The position numbers were made by a program, and so were the translations under genes. 64,000 nucleotides of DNA. Source: Opitutaceae bacterium. GTDB taxonomy: Bacteria; Verrucomicrobiota; Verrucomicrobiia; Opitutales; Opitutaceae. Numbering within the stretch: position 1 is the stretch's first letter; every line of letters begins with the position of its first letter. The DNA lies in assembly GCA_035545575.1 (NCBI GenBank), contig DASZYB010000045.1:6030-70029 (forward strand). The letters are read 5' to 3'. Below the pieces are notes generated by a model. It was not told the DNA's origin. It searched no databases and worked only from the letters and a program-made list of their open reading frames with translations. Shown here one piece after another: positions 43,874 through 53,209 of this stretch.

Positions 43874-46617
43874 AGGCGTCGACGTTGCGCGTGCGCGCCG
43901 GCACGTTGACGTGCAAGGAAGCTAACGCGGTGGGTGGCGTCGATCGCCGCTCGGACGCGGCGGAGCCACGCCGGACGGGGAGCTTGCGGAATGGTCGATG
44001 CATCGAATTCGAGCGCCAGCGGGCGCGCGCCGGACCGCGCAATGTCGGCTTGGAGTGCTGCCTTGTCGGCGGTGAACACGAGCGCCCGCTTGCGACCGCG
44101 TGAGATGGAGACGTACCATTGGTTGCGGTTCGTGGCCGCGGACTGGCCAGCGTCCGAGAGCAAAACGGTATCCACGGTCTTGCCCTGGGAGCCATACGAC
44201 GTGATCGCGTAGCCCAAGTTGAAAACGCGCTGCTGCGGCGAAAGGGTCTTTTCGGCGAAGGTATCGGTCCGGACGAGCAGCCGACCATCAGCGTGAACGC
44301 CGCGAACCGTCACGAGTTCGCCGTTGGCGCACCAGGCGCCTTCCGCCGTCCGCCCGTTGAACTTCAACTGGAGTCGGTCGCCGGACGCGATGGCCAGATC
44401 GACCGGACGCACGACCGCGATCCGATCCGCATACCGCAAACTCATCGTGGAACGGCGGCCATTCTTCAGGAGCACGAGACCCTTCTCGCCCGCCGCGACG
44501 ACCGCGCGGACCTCTCCGCGGGAGTACCGGCCATAGCGGCGCACAAAATGTACGGCGAAATCGCCACGGTAGAACGCCGGATCACGGCGCTGCGCTGCCG
44601 TGCTATCGACCGCTTGGTACGTCGTGAGCGTCATGTCGGGACCGAGCTGACCGGCTTTGGCCAGTTCGCGGCGGACCGCCGCGTTCAACGCGTGAACCTC
44701 CGTCCAAGTTGGCGCGACCGCCAGGACCGACTCGCCCTTGCACTGCGCCGCCACGAATTCGCGGGCGACGCGGCGGTGACGGTCGGTGTCGCCGGCCTCG
44801 TGCACCCAGCCGAGCCGGTCCAGCGCGGCGAAGGAAGCTGCGGCATCCCCGGCCGCGACCGATTTGACCGCGGCGCGATAGCGTTCGATCTGCACCCGCT
44901 CTGCCGCCGAGGCGGCGCGCTTCGGGTCCTGTCGGCGGATGGTGGTGATTTCGGCGGGCACAAGCTGGCCGTAGGCTTCGATCGCGCGCAGCGCGTCCGA
45001 AGCCGCGACCCCGCCATGCTGCCGCGTGTCGCCGGACAGAATCAGTCGCGCGCCGGCCTGGCGCGCGAGGTGCACGAGCGAACGTAGGTCGCGGCCCCCA
45101 ATCTGGCCGGCTTCATCGACGATGACCGCAGCTCGTTTCGGCAGTCCGCCGCGCGCGAGGACGGCGGCGAGCGTTTCGGCGGTCAAGCCGTCGCGCGTGA
45201 GGTCGAGCGCCTGTTGACGTTGCGGCGCGAGCACCAGCACGGGATGGGCCGCGGCGATGAGACCCCGATGGACTTCGCGCAGGGCAAAGCTCTTGCCAGT
45301 ACCCGCGCCGCCGCGAAACAGTGTGATGAAGTCGCGGCTCGTCAGCAGGTGCCGAATCGCTCGCTCCTGCTCGTCGGATACCGTTGTGGTCGGTTTGAAA
45401 CCCGGCGCGAAAGGGGCGTGAACTCCGCGACCATCGCGTGCGGCGAGCACCACCTCGAGTTCGCAGCGCAGCGCTGCGCGCGATGCCAATTTCGGCGACT
45501 CTGTCTCCCGCAGGTAATCGCGCGTGCGGAGGGCGTCGCGCAGCGCGCGAGGATCGAAGTCCAACCCTCGGCCACGGGCGAGCGCTGCGGCCAGAATTTC
45601 GTGTTCCGTTGCGACCGCCTTGCGCTCAAAGACGTGCTCGTCGGCCCATGTGAGCAGGGCAGCCACATCGGCGGGCGCGGGTTTGGACTGACGCGGCAGC
45701 GCTTCCAGGGCCGTCTTCTCCGGCTTCGTCAGTTGATCGAGCCAATACCCTCGCAAGCGTTCGGCAGTCGCATCCGCCACCTTGCGAGGCCGGCTCTCGC
45801 GCGCGACGCGCGCCCGCACCGCCGGCAGAGGTTCGCCCTTGGTTTGCCGGGCGAGCTGTCGTTTCGCCTCGGCATCGATTTGGGCCCGACGCTTGGAGAA
45901 CCGCGCGAGCACCGACTCCGGAACTCCTTTGATCTCGAAATTGCGCGCGGTCGGTTCGATCACGTACCCCAATTTCCGGAGACCCCGGCAGAGTTCGTGA
46001 AAGTAACACTGCTCCGCCATTTTTTGGGCGCGGAAGAGTTCGGCGGCTTCCAACGCCTTCCACTGGTGTTCCACCGGATTAAAAGTGGCATTCAGGAGTA
46101 CGCAATGGGTGTGCAGGTGCGGATCGAGTTCACGGCTTGTATCATGCCGGAACGCGGCGCCGACCACGTTACCCGTGGTCCGCGAAGCGAAGGCACCCCC
46201 CTTACGCACGCGGGCCAAAGCCAACGGCTCCAGTTCTGCCATGGCGGTCCGGACCGCCTCATCGTGTAGGCGCACGATCCGCCCATCACCCATTAAGGCG
46301 ACCACCGACACACTCTTCGGCGGGCTGATCGTGAAATCGTAGAAGACGCGGCGGTTCGCGACGGACGCGCCATTTTGACGCCGATCGGTGTTCAGCCGCT
46401 GGGTCAGCCGTCGCCCGGTCCTGGGATGCCGGCCCTCACACAAGCGCAGGAATTCGGCCTCCGTGACCATGCCTCGCAAACCGAGCTTCTCGGCACCAAG
46501 TCCGAACCACTCACCGCTCACCGTGTGGCCCTGCGCGTAGTAGTCGCCCACGCACAGGTGTTCGCGGAAGTATGCCTTGGCATTGCGTAAGTTCAGTTGG
46601 GTTTTGGGACTCAGCAT
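43870..46617 (-). CDS. MobF-family conjugative relaxase/helicase (TrwC/TraI-like)
   Basis: N-terminal TrwC relaxase domain: AKAYFREHLCVGDYYAQGHTVSGEWFG...AFRHDTSRELDPHLHTHCVLLNATF, with the 3-His motif. The C-terminal helicase carries Walker A LFRGGAGTGKSF. Confidence 0.92.
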   Translation of the reverse strand: MLSPKTQLNLRNAKAYFREHLCVGDYYAQGHTVSGEWFGLGAEKLGLRGMVTEAEFLRLCEGRHPRTGRRLTQRLNTDRRQNGASVANRRVFYDFTISPPKSVSVVALMGDGRIVRLHDEAVRTAMAELEPLALARVRKGGAFASRTTGNVVGAAFRHDTSRELDPHLHTHCVLLNATFNPVEHQWKALEAAELFRAQKMAEQCYFHELCRGLRKLGYVIEPTARNFEIKGVPESVLARFSKRRAQIDAEAKRQLARQTKGEPLPAVRARVARESRPRKVADATAERLRGYWLDQLTKPEKTALEALPRQSKPAPADVAALLTWADEHVFERKAVATEHEILAAALARGRGLDFDPRALRDALRTRDYLRETESPKLASRAALRCELEVVLAARDGRGVHAPFAPGFKPTTTVSDEQERAIRHLLTSRDFITLFRGGAGTGKSFALREVHRGLIAAAHPVLVLAPQRQQALDLTRDGLTAETLAAVLARGGLPKRAAVIVDEAGQIGGRDLRSLVHLARQAGARLILSGDTRQHGGVAASDALRAIEAYGQLVPAEITTIRRQDPKRAASAAERVQIERYRAAVKSVAAGDAAASFAALDRLGWVHEAGDTDRHRRVAREFVAAQCKGESVLAVAPTWTEVHALNAAVRRELAKAGQLGPDMTLTTYQAVDSTAAQRRDPAFYRGDFAVHFVRRYGRYSRGEVRAVVAAGEKGLVLLKNGRRSTMSLRYADRIAVVRPVDLAIASGDRLQLKFNGRTAEGAWCANGELVTVRGVHADGRLLVRTDTFAEKTLSPQQRVFNLGYAITSYGSQGKTVDTVLLSDAGQSAATNRNQWYVSISRGRKRALVFTADKAALQADIARSGARPLALEFDASTIPQAPRPAWLRRVRAAIDATHRVSFLARQRAGAHAQRRRL

Positions 46618-46689
46618 CGATTCAAGCCGACTCGGCGGCTTTCACTTATGAAAACGCACCGGCGTTTCTGAGGTGTAGGACACTCTTCT

Positions 46690-46742
46690 CCTTACGCTCA
46701 GCGTAAGGTTTCAAAATCACGTAAGTGGACACACGTGTGTCC
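46690..46742. promoter_or_regulatory. Candidate oriT/operator region: two palindromes upstream of the relaxase gene
   Basis: ccttacgc-tca-gcgtaagg (46690-46708) and a perfect 16-bp palindrome ggacacacgtgtgtcc (46727-46742) lie 73-125 nt upstream of the relaxase start. Confidence 0.4.
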
Positions 46743-46879
46743 GAGTTCGGCGCAGCGACCGGGCGCACCCCGTGCGCACTTGCGCGGTGACGAAGCACCG
46801 CGCGTCCCTTGCGACCGCCGGTTGGGAGGCCGCGGTCGCGCCGGTGACCGCCCCGCGGTCGGATCGTTCTGCTGCGCCC

Positions 46880-47719
46880 CTAGGCGGCTTGCCGCTGCAG
46901 CAGCGTCGCCAGTTGGCGAAGCTGGTTCGCGCCGAGTTCGCGCAGCGAAACCAGTGCTCGCCGGAGTCGCAGGTGCTCCGTGGCGAATTGGCACAACCGA
47001 TCACGATCCCAGCCCAACTCGCGGGCACGCGCCGAAACCGCTCGGAACAGGTCCTGATCGTAGGCCGCCGGATCGCGCCGGCGGAGCGAGCGGCGGTGCA
47101 AGGCCCGTTGCCGCTTGAGAAAATCGACGGCTTCCAGGAACCGGGCCCGGGGTATCAAGAGGTACGAGGAAACACCAAACCGCCGCTGCAATTGCCGATG
47201 GACGGCGGCGAAGTTAGGAGTGCCAGCGCCGTCTGCCATCCGGTCCGCGACGTCCGCGATCAGGGCGCGAATCTGTCCCACCTGTTCGGCATCCAGGTGC
47301 GATTCGTCTGGGCGCACGACATTGCGGACGACGTGCCGTGGGGTGGAAATGAAGTCTCCGGCCACCACTTGGACATTTTCCGCGTCACCACCAATCGTGA
47401 CGCTCTGGAGCGGCTGGGCGTTGAGGCCTCCCAGCATCGAAAGCATGGTTTCGGCCAGCCGCTTCACATCGGCGTCTTGATCGAGCGCCGAGGACTTGGC
47501 GACCTCCAACAGCATCGCGCGACTGAGCGGCAACGACGGCTCGGCGGTCGCGAGTTCGAGGAGATGTGCGTTCCGCGACTCCGGGCCGAACTTGCGTTTC
47601 AGATAAAACTTGGCGGCGTCGAATACGTCGCGGAGCGATTGCGACGCAACCGCCCGGATTGGCTCCTTCAGAAAGGTGGCGGCGGAGAGCAGCGCCGTCA
47701 CGATGGTGTTCGTGTCCAT
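46880..47719 (-). CDS. Hypothetical protein (279 aa)
   Basis: The minus frame is protein-like (MDTNTIVTALLSAATFLKEPIRAVASQSLRDVFDAAKFYLKRKFG...). The overlapping plus ORF 46772..47854 is low-complexity. Confidence 0.5.
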   Translation of the reverse strand: MDTNTIVTALLSAATFLKEPIRAVASQSLRDVFDAAKFYLKRKFGPESRNAHLLELATAEPSLPLSRAMLLEVAKSSALDQDADVKRLAETMLSMLGGLNAQPLQSVTIGGDAENVQVVAGDFISTPRHVVRNVVRPDESHLDAEQVGQIRALIADVADRMADGAGTPNFAAVHRQLQRRFGVSSYLLIPRARFLEAVDFLKRQRALHRRSLRRRDPAAYDQDLFRAVSARARELGWDRDRLCQFATEHLRLRRALVSLRELGANQLRQLATLLQRQAA

Positions 47720-47857
47720 GACACCCGAGCCGCGGATTCAACCGGAATCTGCGGCAGCGAGTGCAACGAAGTGCGAGCAGTCACATGCCGCGACGGAGGC
47801 AGGAACGGTCTACTTCCGCGCGTTTTCCCATCGTTTATGGGATGCTTCACATAAACC

Positions 47858-47959
47858 ATGGTATGACGCGCGGAGAGTAATGTTTAGTGGTTCACACGCG
47901 CGGGGTCGCGCACGAGTAGCCGCCGGCATTTCACCGTCGCGGCAGCTTCACATAATCGC
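47858..47959 (+). repeat. RIT left inverted repeat (32-nt perfect core plus subterminal ttcacataatcgc)
   Basis: atggtatgacgcgcggagagtaatgtttagtg at 47858-47889 and ttcacataatcgc at 47947-47959. Confidence 0.8.
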
Positions 47960-47962
47960 CGT

Positions 47963-48460
47963 CTAGGCGACGACCGTCGAAGACGCCTTCGCTGCCTTCA
48001 CGGCCGCTTTCACATTGCCGAGGCAGCACGAACCCTGCGGATTGCGAATCTCGCACGAACAGAAATCCGATTTCATTTCCGCGGCGATGCGCTCGACCAC
48101 GGTGGATTTGCCTGTGGCGGCCAACTCGTCGCGAATCATAGCTGGCGTGAAACCGAAACAATAACACACGTGTGCGTGTTCCGAATCCTTTTGCGTCACG
48201 GGGCGCCGAACGTCGCTCGTAGTCAGGACCGGGCCGTCGGCGGCAAAATAAACCACCGGACAATCAGGCGTGGCGCAGAAATGAAAGCCACCACCGTTCA
48301 CCTCCGTCAGGAACTGCGGCTTGACCTGATGTTTGAGCGTCAGGGTCGAAACAGGCCGGCCGGCGCGTCCGCATTGAGGGCAAGGTGGCTTCGCCACTGC
48401 TTTTGCGGCGGACGACGCCGCGTTGTTTTCAGATGAGCAGCAGTCAGACATCGCAGTCAA
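47963..48460 (-). CDS. Cys-rich putative metal/Fe-S-binding protein (Zn-ribbon plus BFD-like CxC motif)
   Basis: CPQCG..., HFCATPDCPVVYF, VCYCFGFTPAMIRDEL and CSCEIRNPQGSCCLGNV. There is a 4-nt overlap with the merT-HMA gene. Confidence 0.6.
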   Translation of the reverse strand: MTAMSDCCSSENNAASSAAKAVAKPPCPQCGRAGRPVSTLTLKHQVKPQFLTEVNGGGFHFCATPDCPVVYFAADGPVLTTSDVRRPVTQKDSEHAHVCYCFGFTPAMIRDELAATGKSTVVERIAAEMKSDFCSCEIRNPQGSCCLGNVKAAVKAAKASSTVVA

Positions 48461-49047
48461 TTGATCGGCTCGGCTTTGAATCCGGTCGCGTCGATCTTTG
48501 CAATCAGGGCGCTGGCAGAAATCGTCGCAGGGTCGAAGACGACCTCCGCTTCCTTTTCTTCATAGCGCACGACCGCGGAACGAACTCCCGGAACTCGTTT
48601 GAGCGTTCCCTCAATGCCGTGCGCGCAGGCAACGCAATCCATGCTGGGGATGCGGACGCGAAGGACGCTGCCTTGCGCGGTCGCTCCCGTCGCGGCCAAC
48701 GGTTGGCGTGCGGTGATTTGGGTGATCTGCGGAAACATCGCAACCGCGCCAACGAGGACCGTGCTGAAAATCAAGGCGCCCAGCGCCCAACGTCCGCCTT
48801 GTGAGGCTGCGCAGGTTGAGTCCTGGCTCGCGATGCGACGAGCGCGCAGCGTGAGCACCCAGGCAACGGCGAGCAGCACGGCGGTGGCCGCCAAAAATGC
48901 CGGCCGCCAGCGCTCGAACCAGCCGGCGGCAGCAAAGCTGCCGGCACCCGCAGCGAGCGCGAGCAGTGGTCCGATGCAGCAAAGTGACGCCGCGAGGGCG
49001 GACAAGAATCCGCCCGCCAGAATCCACGATTGCTTCACCGGTTGCAT
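48457..49047 (-). CDS. merT: MerT-like mercuric transporter fused to a C-terminal HMA (MerP-like) domain
   Basis: The first TM helix LSALAASLCCIGPLLAL carries the MerT CC pair. The C-terminal HMA fold reads LRVRIPSMDCVACAHGIEGTLKRVPGVRSAVVRYEEKEAEVVFD. Confidence 0.75.
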   Translation of the reverse strand: MQPVKQSWILAGGFLSALAASLCCIGPLLALAAGAGSFAAAGWFERWRPAFLAATAVLLAVAWVLTLRARRIASQDSTCAASQGGRWALGALIFSTVLVGAVAMFPQITQITARQPLAATGATAQGSVLRVRIPSMDCVACAHGIEGTLKRVPGVRSAVVRYEEKEAEVVFDPATISASALIAKIDATGFKAEPIN

Positions 49048-49056
49048 GGCGACAGG

Positions 49057-49079
49057 TTACACCCTATACCATAGTGTAA
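49057..49079. promoter_or_regulatory. MerR-type operator candidate (ttacac-N11-gtgtaa) in the divergent merT/merR promoter
   Basis: The inverted repeat is centred in the 50-nt gap between the merT-like start (49047) and the merR start (49098). Confidence 0.55.
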
Positions 49080-49097
49080 GGTCAAGACCGCCATCTG

Positions 49098-49514
49098 ATG
49101 ACAATCGGGGAACTCGCCAAACGCGCCGGAGTGAACGTCCAGACGATCCGCTATTATGAGCGGGTGAAACTCTTCGCCGCGACACACCGATGGCCGGGCT
49201 CCGGCTACCGCGACTTCGACGAGGACGCGCTGCTCCGGCTGCGGTTCATCCGTTCGGCAAAGGAACTCGGCTTCACCCTCCAGGAAATTAGAGAGTTGAT
49301 TGATCTCAGGATTTTGCCGGGCGAGTCCTGCGGGGAAGTGAAGCACCTCCTCAAGGCGAAGCGGCAGGAAATCGGCGAACGCATGACGGAGATGAGACGA
49401 CTGCAAAAAGCGTTGGACAAGTTGATCGGTGCGTGCAGCCACCGTCGCAACAAATCCACCTGCCCAGCTCTTTGGGCGATCATGGAACGCGCCGAGCTCG
49501 TCGTGAAAACATGA
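49098..49514 (+). CDS. merR: MerR-family metal-responsive transcriptional regulator
   Basis: MTIGELAKRAGVNVQTIRYYERVKLF is the HTH. Three Cys residues are spaced as in Hg-sensing MerR (CGEVKHL; CSHRRNKSTC). Confidence 0.85.
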   Translation: MTIGELAKRAGVNVQTIRYYERVKLFAATHRWPGSGYRDFDEDALLRLRFIRSAKELGFTLQEIRELIDLRILPGESCGEVKHLLKAKRQEIGERMTEMRRLQKALDKLIGACSHRRNKSTCPALWAIMERAELVVKT

Positions 49515-49960
49515 GCCCGGTGCCCGACCCCGAGTTGAAGGTAGAAGTGATCTGCGAACATCTGCCCGCACACTGCGGGGCGGAGCCGATCCTCCTTGGC
49601 ATCCAACGCGGGCGCGAGGTGATCGATATTGTTCCCGCCGTCGCCGGGCGAGCTGTGTTCCACGCCGCGTTCAAGGTGGTGGATGCGGACGGCCATCTGA
49701 AGCTACTCGGCCCATTTGCCCAAGGAACGCCGGCCGAAAGGTTCTTTTACCTCTCGTGGGGCACCAAGGGAAGCGGCGGCCGGTTCGAAATGTTCCGGCG
49801 GTTGAAAGTGCATTTGCGACATCTCTCCTGGCGGAAGATAAAACCAGCCATCGTTCAACAACGACCGGTGCGCGTCACGCTGGACATGACGGACGAAAAA
49901 GGCGGAGCGCGTTGCGGCTCGGCCCACGACGGGACAGTCGCATGGCAGTATCCGCCGTGA
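49511..49960 (+). CDS. DUF5990-like protein
   Basis: The ATG overlaps the merR stop (ATGA). GPFAQGTPAERFFYLSWGTKGSGGRFEMFRRLKVHL matches my recollection of the DUF5990 core. Confidence 0.5.
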   Translation: MSPVPDPELKVEVICEHLPAHCGAEPILLGIQRGREVIDIVPAVAGRAVFHAAFKVVDADGHLKLLGPFAQGTPAERFFYLSWGTKGSGGRFEMFRRLKVHLRHLSWRKIKPAIVQQRPVRVTLDMTDEKGGARCGSAHDGTVAWQYPP

Positions 49961-49971
49961 AGCGAATCGAT

Positions 49972-50973
49972 CTACAGCGCTTCAAGAAAAGCCAGCAAAC
50001 GCGACGACGGATCGCGCCTCGGGCGGTGCGCCGGTGGTAGTTCTTCCAGACGACGCAGTGATTCCTCCTTCATCTTTAAGTCGGCTTCAACGTAGCCATG
50101 TGTGGTGACTGGATGCTCATGTCCCAGCCAGAGCGCGATGACCTCAAGCGCCACGCCGGATTGCAACAAGTGCATCGCACAACTGTGCCGGAACGAGTGC
50201 AGTCCAATCTTGCGGCCAGCGAGCGTAGGACATTGAGGCGTCGCACGCCGAATTGCCTGCTTCAACCGTAGTCGTGCCGCATGCCGCGTAATACACTCTT
50301 TCTCGGCGTTCACAAAAATGTGCCGGCCGGGTTGAAGCTGGTTCTCGCGACACCAGCGTTGAATCTCCGCAGCGGTGCGCGACCAAATCGGCACAACTCG
50401 TTCCTTGCGACCCTTGCCATGCAGTCGGACAACACGGTTCTGAACATCTTCCGGCTTCACGCCCAGCGCCTCTGAAATCCGCGCACCGGTGTTATAGAGC
50501 AGCACGAACAGGAGATGGTCGCGACGACCAATCCACATCGCGGTTTCAGTTGCGTTGAGAATGGCCTCGACTTCACCGCGGGTCAGATAGGCCAGAACTG
50601 GCCGCGTCGATCGTTTGATTGGAATGGCCAGCAGTCGCGACCCTTGGACGAACACGCCCGGCTCCGCCAAGCTGATCACGAAGCGGGTGAAGGCACGAAT
50701 CGCGGCCAAGCGATGGTTACGAGTCCGAGGGCTGTTGGTTCTGGCGCGTTCAAGGTGATCCAGAAATGCCAGCACCGTGTCGGGCGTGAGGGAGTCGAGT
50801 GACAGTCGATCGATGGTGACCCGCAGATGCACCGACAGGAACCGGAGCAGGAGTCGGAACGTGTCCCGATACGCCGCGATCGTGTGCTGGCTCAGATTAC
50901 GTTGCGCGGTCAGATACTCGGTAAAAAACCGCTGCAACAATACCGGGAAAGTGAGCCGAACTTGGTTTAGCAT
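49972..50973 (-). CDS. Tyrosine recombinase, third gene of the trio (RitC position)
   Basis: N-terminal SAM-like core-binding domain. The catalytic tail reads HSFRHSCAMHLLQSG...LGHEHPVTTHGYV. Confidence 0.9.
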   Translation of the reverse strand: MLNQVRLTFPVLLQRFFTEYLTAQRNLSQHTIAAYRDTFRLLLRFLSVHLRVTIDRLSLDSLTPDTVLAFLDHLERARTNSPRTRNHRLAAIRAFTRFVISLAEPGVFVQGSRLLAIPIKRSTRPVLAYLTRGEVEAILNATETAMWIGRRDHLLFVLLYNTGARISEALGVKPEDVQNRVVRLHGKGRKERVVPIWSRTAAEIQRWCRENQLQPGRHIFVNAEKECITRHAARLRLKQAIRRATPQCPTLAGRKIGLHSFRHSCAMHLLQSGVALEVIALWLGHEHPVTTHGYVEADLKMKEESLRRLEELPPAHRPRRDPSSRLLAFLEAL

Positions 50974-51893
50974 GCGGCGTGAAAGTTTTCAAAACGTGCG
51001 CCCGCACGGCGGAGCATCTTTTCGTCGGCCGAGACATACCACCACGTGTCCCCGAAATCCCGATGGCCGAGATACCGCGAGAGGAGGAACAGCCGGTGGG
51101 TCACTGGCGCGCGGTCGCGACTCCAGCGCGCAATATGTCGCGTGGCAAAAGTATGCCGCAGGTCATGGATGCGAGCCGCGGGTCGCTCGCCGTTAGGGGC
51201 GATGCCGACGCGGATGGCGCGGAAAGTGTGCTGCACGCTTGTGCGGCGCAACGGACGTCCCGCGCGGCCCACGAAGAACATCTCGCCGAATGGGTGCCTG
51301 CGCCACCGGAGATCCCGGTAACGGCGAAGCGCGGCAATCGTCGTCGCATGAAGAGGCAGCACGCGTTCCGGGCTGAACTTGCAGCGTCGGAGCCGGATCA
51401 TCCCGCCATCGAAGTCGACGTCGGCGAGTCGCAACTCCATCGCTTCCCGCAGCCGCATTCCGGTGCATGCAATTAGGCCGATAAATGTCTCATAGGTCTG
51501 CGGTCGTAGCGGGGAGCGAAACGTGGGTAGTGCGCGCGCACGAAGCATCAACGACCGAATCTCGTCATCGGAGTAAATGTGCGGAGTCGCGCGCCGATAC
51601 CATGGGCCGATCAACCTGTAGTCAGGGACTTGAACTCGCGGATCGATTGCCGCGCAGTATTTGGCAAGTCCCCGGGCCGACATCAGACGTTTGGCATAGT
51701 AGGTCGACGAGCCAGTGCCTGGCTGCACTGCCCATTTTAGAATCACGCTCGTTTGCAGCGGCTTTCCCGGTGCGATGCGCTGATGGAACCGCGCCAGTTT
51801 CGGGAGTGAGCGATGCTCGGCCTCGAGGACAAAGCCCAGTCTGCGCCGATGGGCGAGATATTGCCGGACGAGGACGGTGAGCGGCGATATCAT
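50967..51893 (-). CDS. Tyrosine recombinase, second gene of the trio (RitB position)
   Basis: The ATG at 51893 overlaps the stop of the upstream gene. Catalytic motifs: TGMRLREAMEL...HDLRHTFATRHI...LGHRDFGDTWWYV. Confidence 0.88.
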   Translation of the reverse strand: MISPLTVLVRQYLAHRRRLGFVLEAEHRSLPKLARFHQRIAPGKPLQTSVILKWAVQPGTGSSTYYAKRLMSARGLAKYCAAIDPRVQVPDYRLIGPWYRRATPHIYSDDEIRSLMLRARALPTFRSPLRPQTYETFIGLIACTGMRLREAMELRLADVDFDGGMIRLRRCKFSPERVLPLHATTIAALRRYRDLRWRRHPFGEMFFVGRAGRPLRRTSVQHTFRAIRVGIAPNGERPAARIHDLRHTFATRHIARWSRDRAPVTHRLFLLSRYLGHRDFGDTWWYVSADEKMLRRAGARFENFHAAC

Positions 51894-53110
51894 CGTAGCG
51901 GCCACGGCACGGTGAGCGCGCGAAGGCCTACCGGATCGACCTTCGCGTAGATCGTTGTGGTTTGCAGATGCCGGTGCCCGAGGAGATCGGCGATATGCTT
52001 CAGATCGGCACCGCGTGCATGCAGTCGCGTAGCAAAGGTGTGACGCAGTCGATAGCAGCCAATCCACTCATGGGGAAACTTGCAGCGCCGGTATGCCGCC
52101 TTGATGGCATAACCCACCGCTCGTGAATCCAGCGAATTGCCAAGCGGGTCGGGTGCGTGACGAACAAAGAGTCGGTCGGAATCACAGGACGGTCGATGGT
52201 CGTCAACGTAGCTACGCAGGGCGGTCAAAACGCGACCGACAAGCGGCAGTTCGCGCTCATGCTTGGATTTGATCGCGGGAACCAGAAGCGTCTTTCGATT
52301 CCAGTCGACGCTCGTGAGCATGAGGTGAGCGACCTCTCCTGGCCGCAGGCCAAGATCAACCATGCACAGCGCGAGACAGTAGTCGCGAGCGCCGATGGCC
52401 GTCCGTTGGTCGAATGACGCCAGCAGCGCACGCCGTTGTTCGTCGGTGAGGATGGCTGGTCCTCTCGTCCGGCCGAAGTTGGAAAAACGGGGCACCGCTG
52501 AAACAAGATGCCCGGTGGGCTGACCGCGCATGTGCAGAAATCGAAAGAATCGTCTCAGGCGAACCAGATCGTGATTGAGAGTGCTGGTCTTGCGGCCGCG
52601 ACCAAATGAATGCGCATAGCCCCAGATGTCCTTCGGCTTAACACGTCGCCAGTCAGCCTGACGTTTGCCGAACTGGCGCATGAGGTAACGAGTGAGGATA
52701 TCGCGGTATCCTCGGCGCGTGGGCGGCGCCAAACCTTCATGGCGATCGAGGAACCCGATGAAGTCGTCTACCAGTGGCCGCCAAGGGTAGTCCGGCTCGG
52801 CGCGGGTTGGCGCGGGCTCGCGAAATCGAAACCAGCTAGCGAGACCCGACCTGTAATCCTTGCGGGAATACCACCCCCAATAGTCCGCTGCCGACGCCGC
52901 GAGCAAGGCGGGCGCGTGCCGGCGGCGCAGGCGAATGAGAGTCCGTCGCCGCTGCGCCAACCATCGGGCAGCGTGACTGACTGCCCATCGAATCCGCCCG
53001 ATCGACTTTGCTGCGAGACCACGGTCACGCAAAAACTCCAAGAATGGACCGTCGAATAGCGCGCGGTCCGCGCGAGACATGCCAGTCGTGGAGCGAGATT
53101 TTTGCATCAT
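51890..53110 (-). CDS. Tyrosine recombinase, first gene of the trio (RitA position)
   Basis: Catalytic motifs: GLRPGEVAHL...YRLRHTFATRLHARG...LGHRHLQTTTIYA. Confidence 0.9.
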   Translation of the reverse strand: MMQKSRSTTGMSRADRALFDGPFLEFLRDRGLAAKSIGRIRWAVSHAARWLAQRRRTLIRLRRRHAPALLAASAADYWGWYSRKDYRSGLASWFRFREPAPTRAEPDYPWRPLVDDFIGFLDRHEGLAPPTRRGYRDILTRYLMRQFGKRQADWRRVKPKDIWGYAHSFGRGRKTSTLNHDLVRLRRFFRFLHMRGQPTGHLVSAVPRFSNFGRTRGPAILTDEQRRALLASFDQRTAIGARDYCLALCMVDLGLRPGEVAHLMLTSVDWNRKTLLVPAIKSKHERELPLVGRVLTALRSYVDDHRPSCDSDRLFVRHAPDPLGNSLDSRAVGYAIKAAYRRCKFPHEWIGCYRLRHTFATRLHARGADLKHIADLLGHRHLQTTTIYAKVDPVGLRALTVPWPLR

Positions 53111-53209
53111 CGTTCAACGGGCAGAAAGCCGGTTGAACATCTCGCCACACTTCCAGCGTGTTATCTTGTCAGTGAAGGCGCAAGCGCGCCGCTGCCCGCC
53201 TTCCCCAGC

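Noticed and set aside
44119-46269. Plus-strand ORFs of 322 and 351 aa inside the relaxase gene
   Set aside because: They are antisense to the TrwC-type relaxase and lack any motif.
46772-47854. 360-aa plus-strand ORF overlapping 46880-47719
   Set aside because: The minus-strand frame has normal protein composition and a clean ATG. The plus frame is Arg/Gly/Ala-rich and runs into the RIT inverted repeat.
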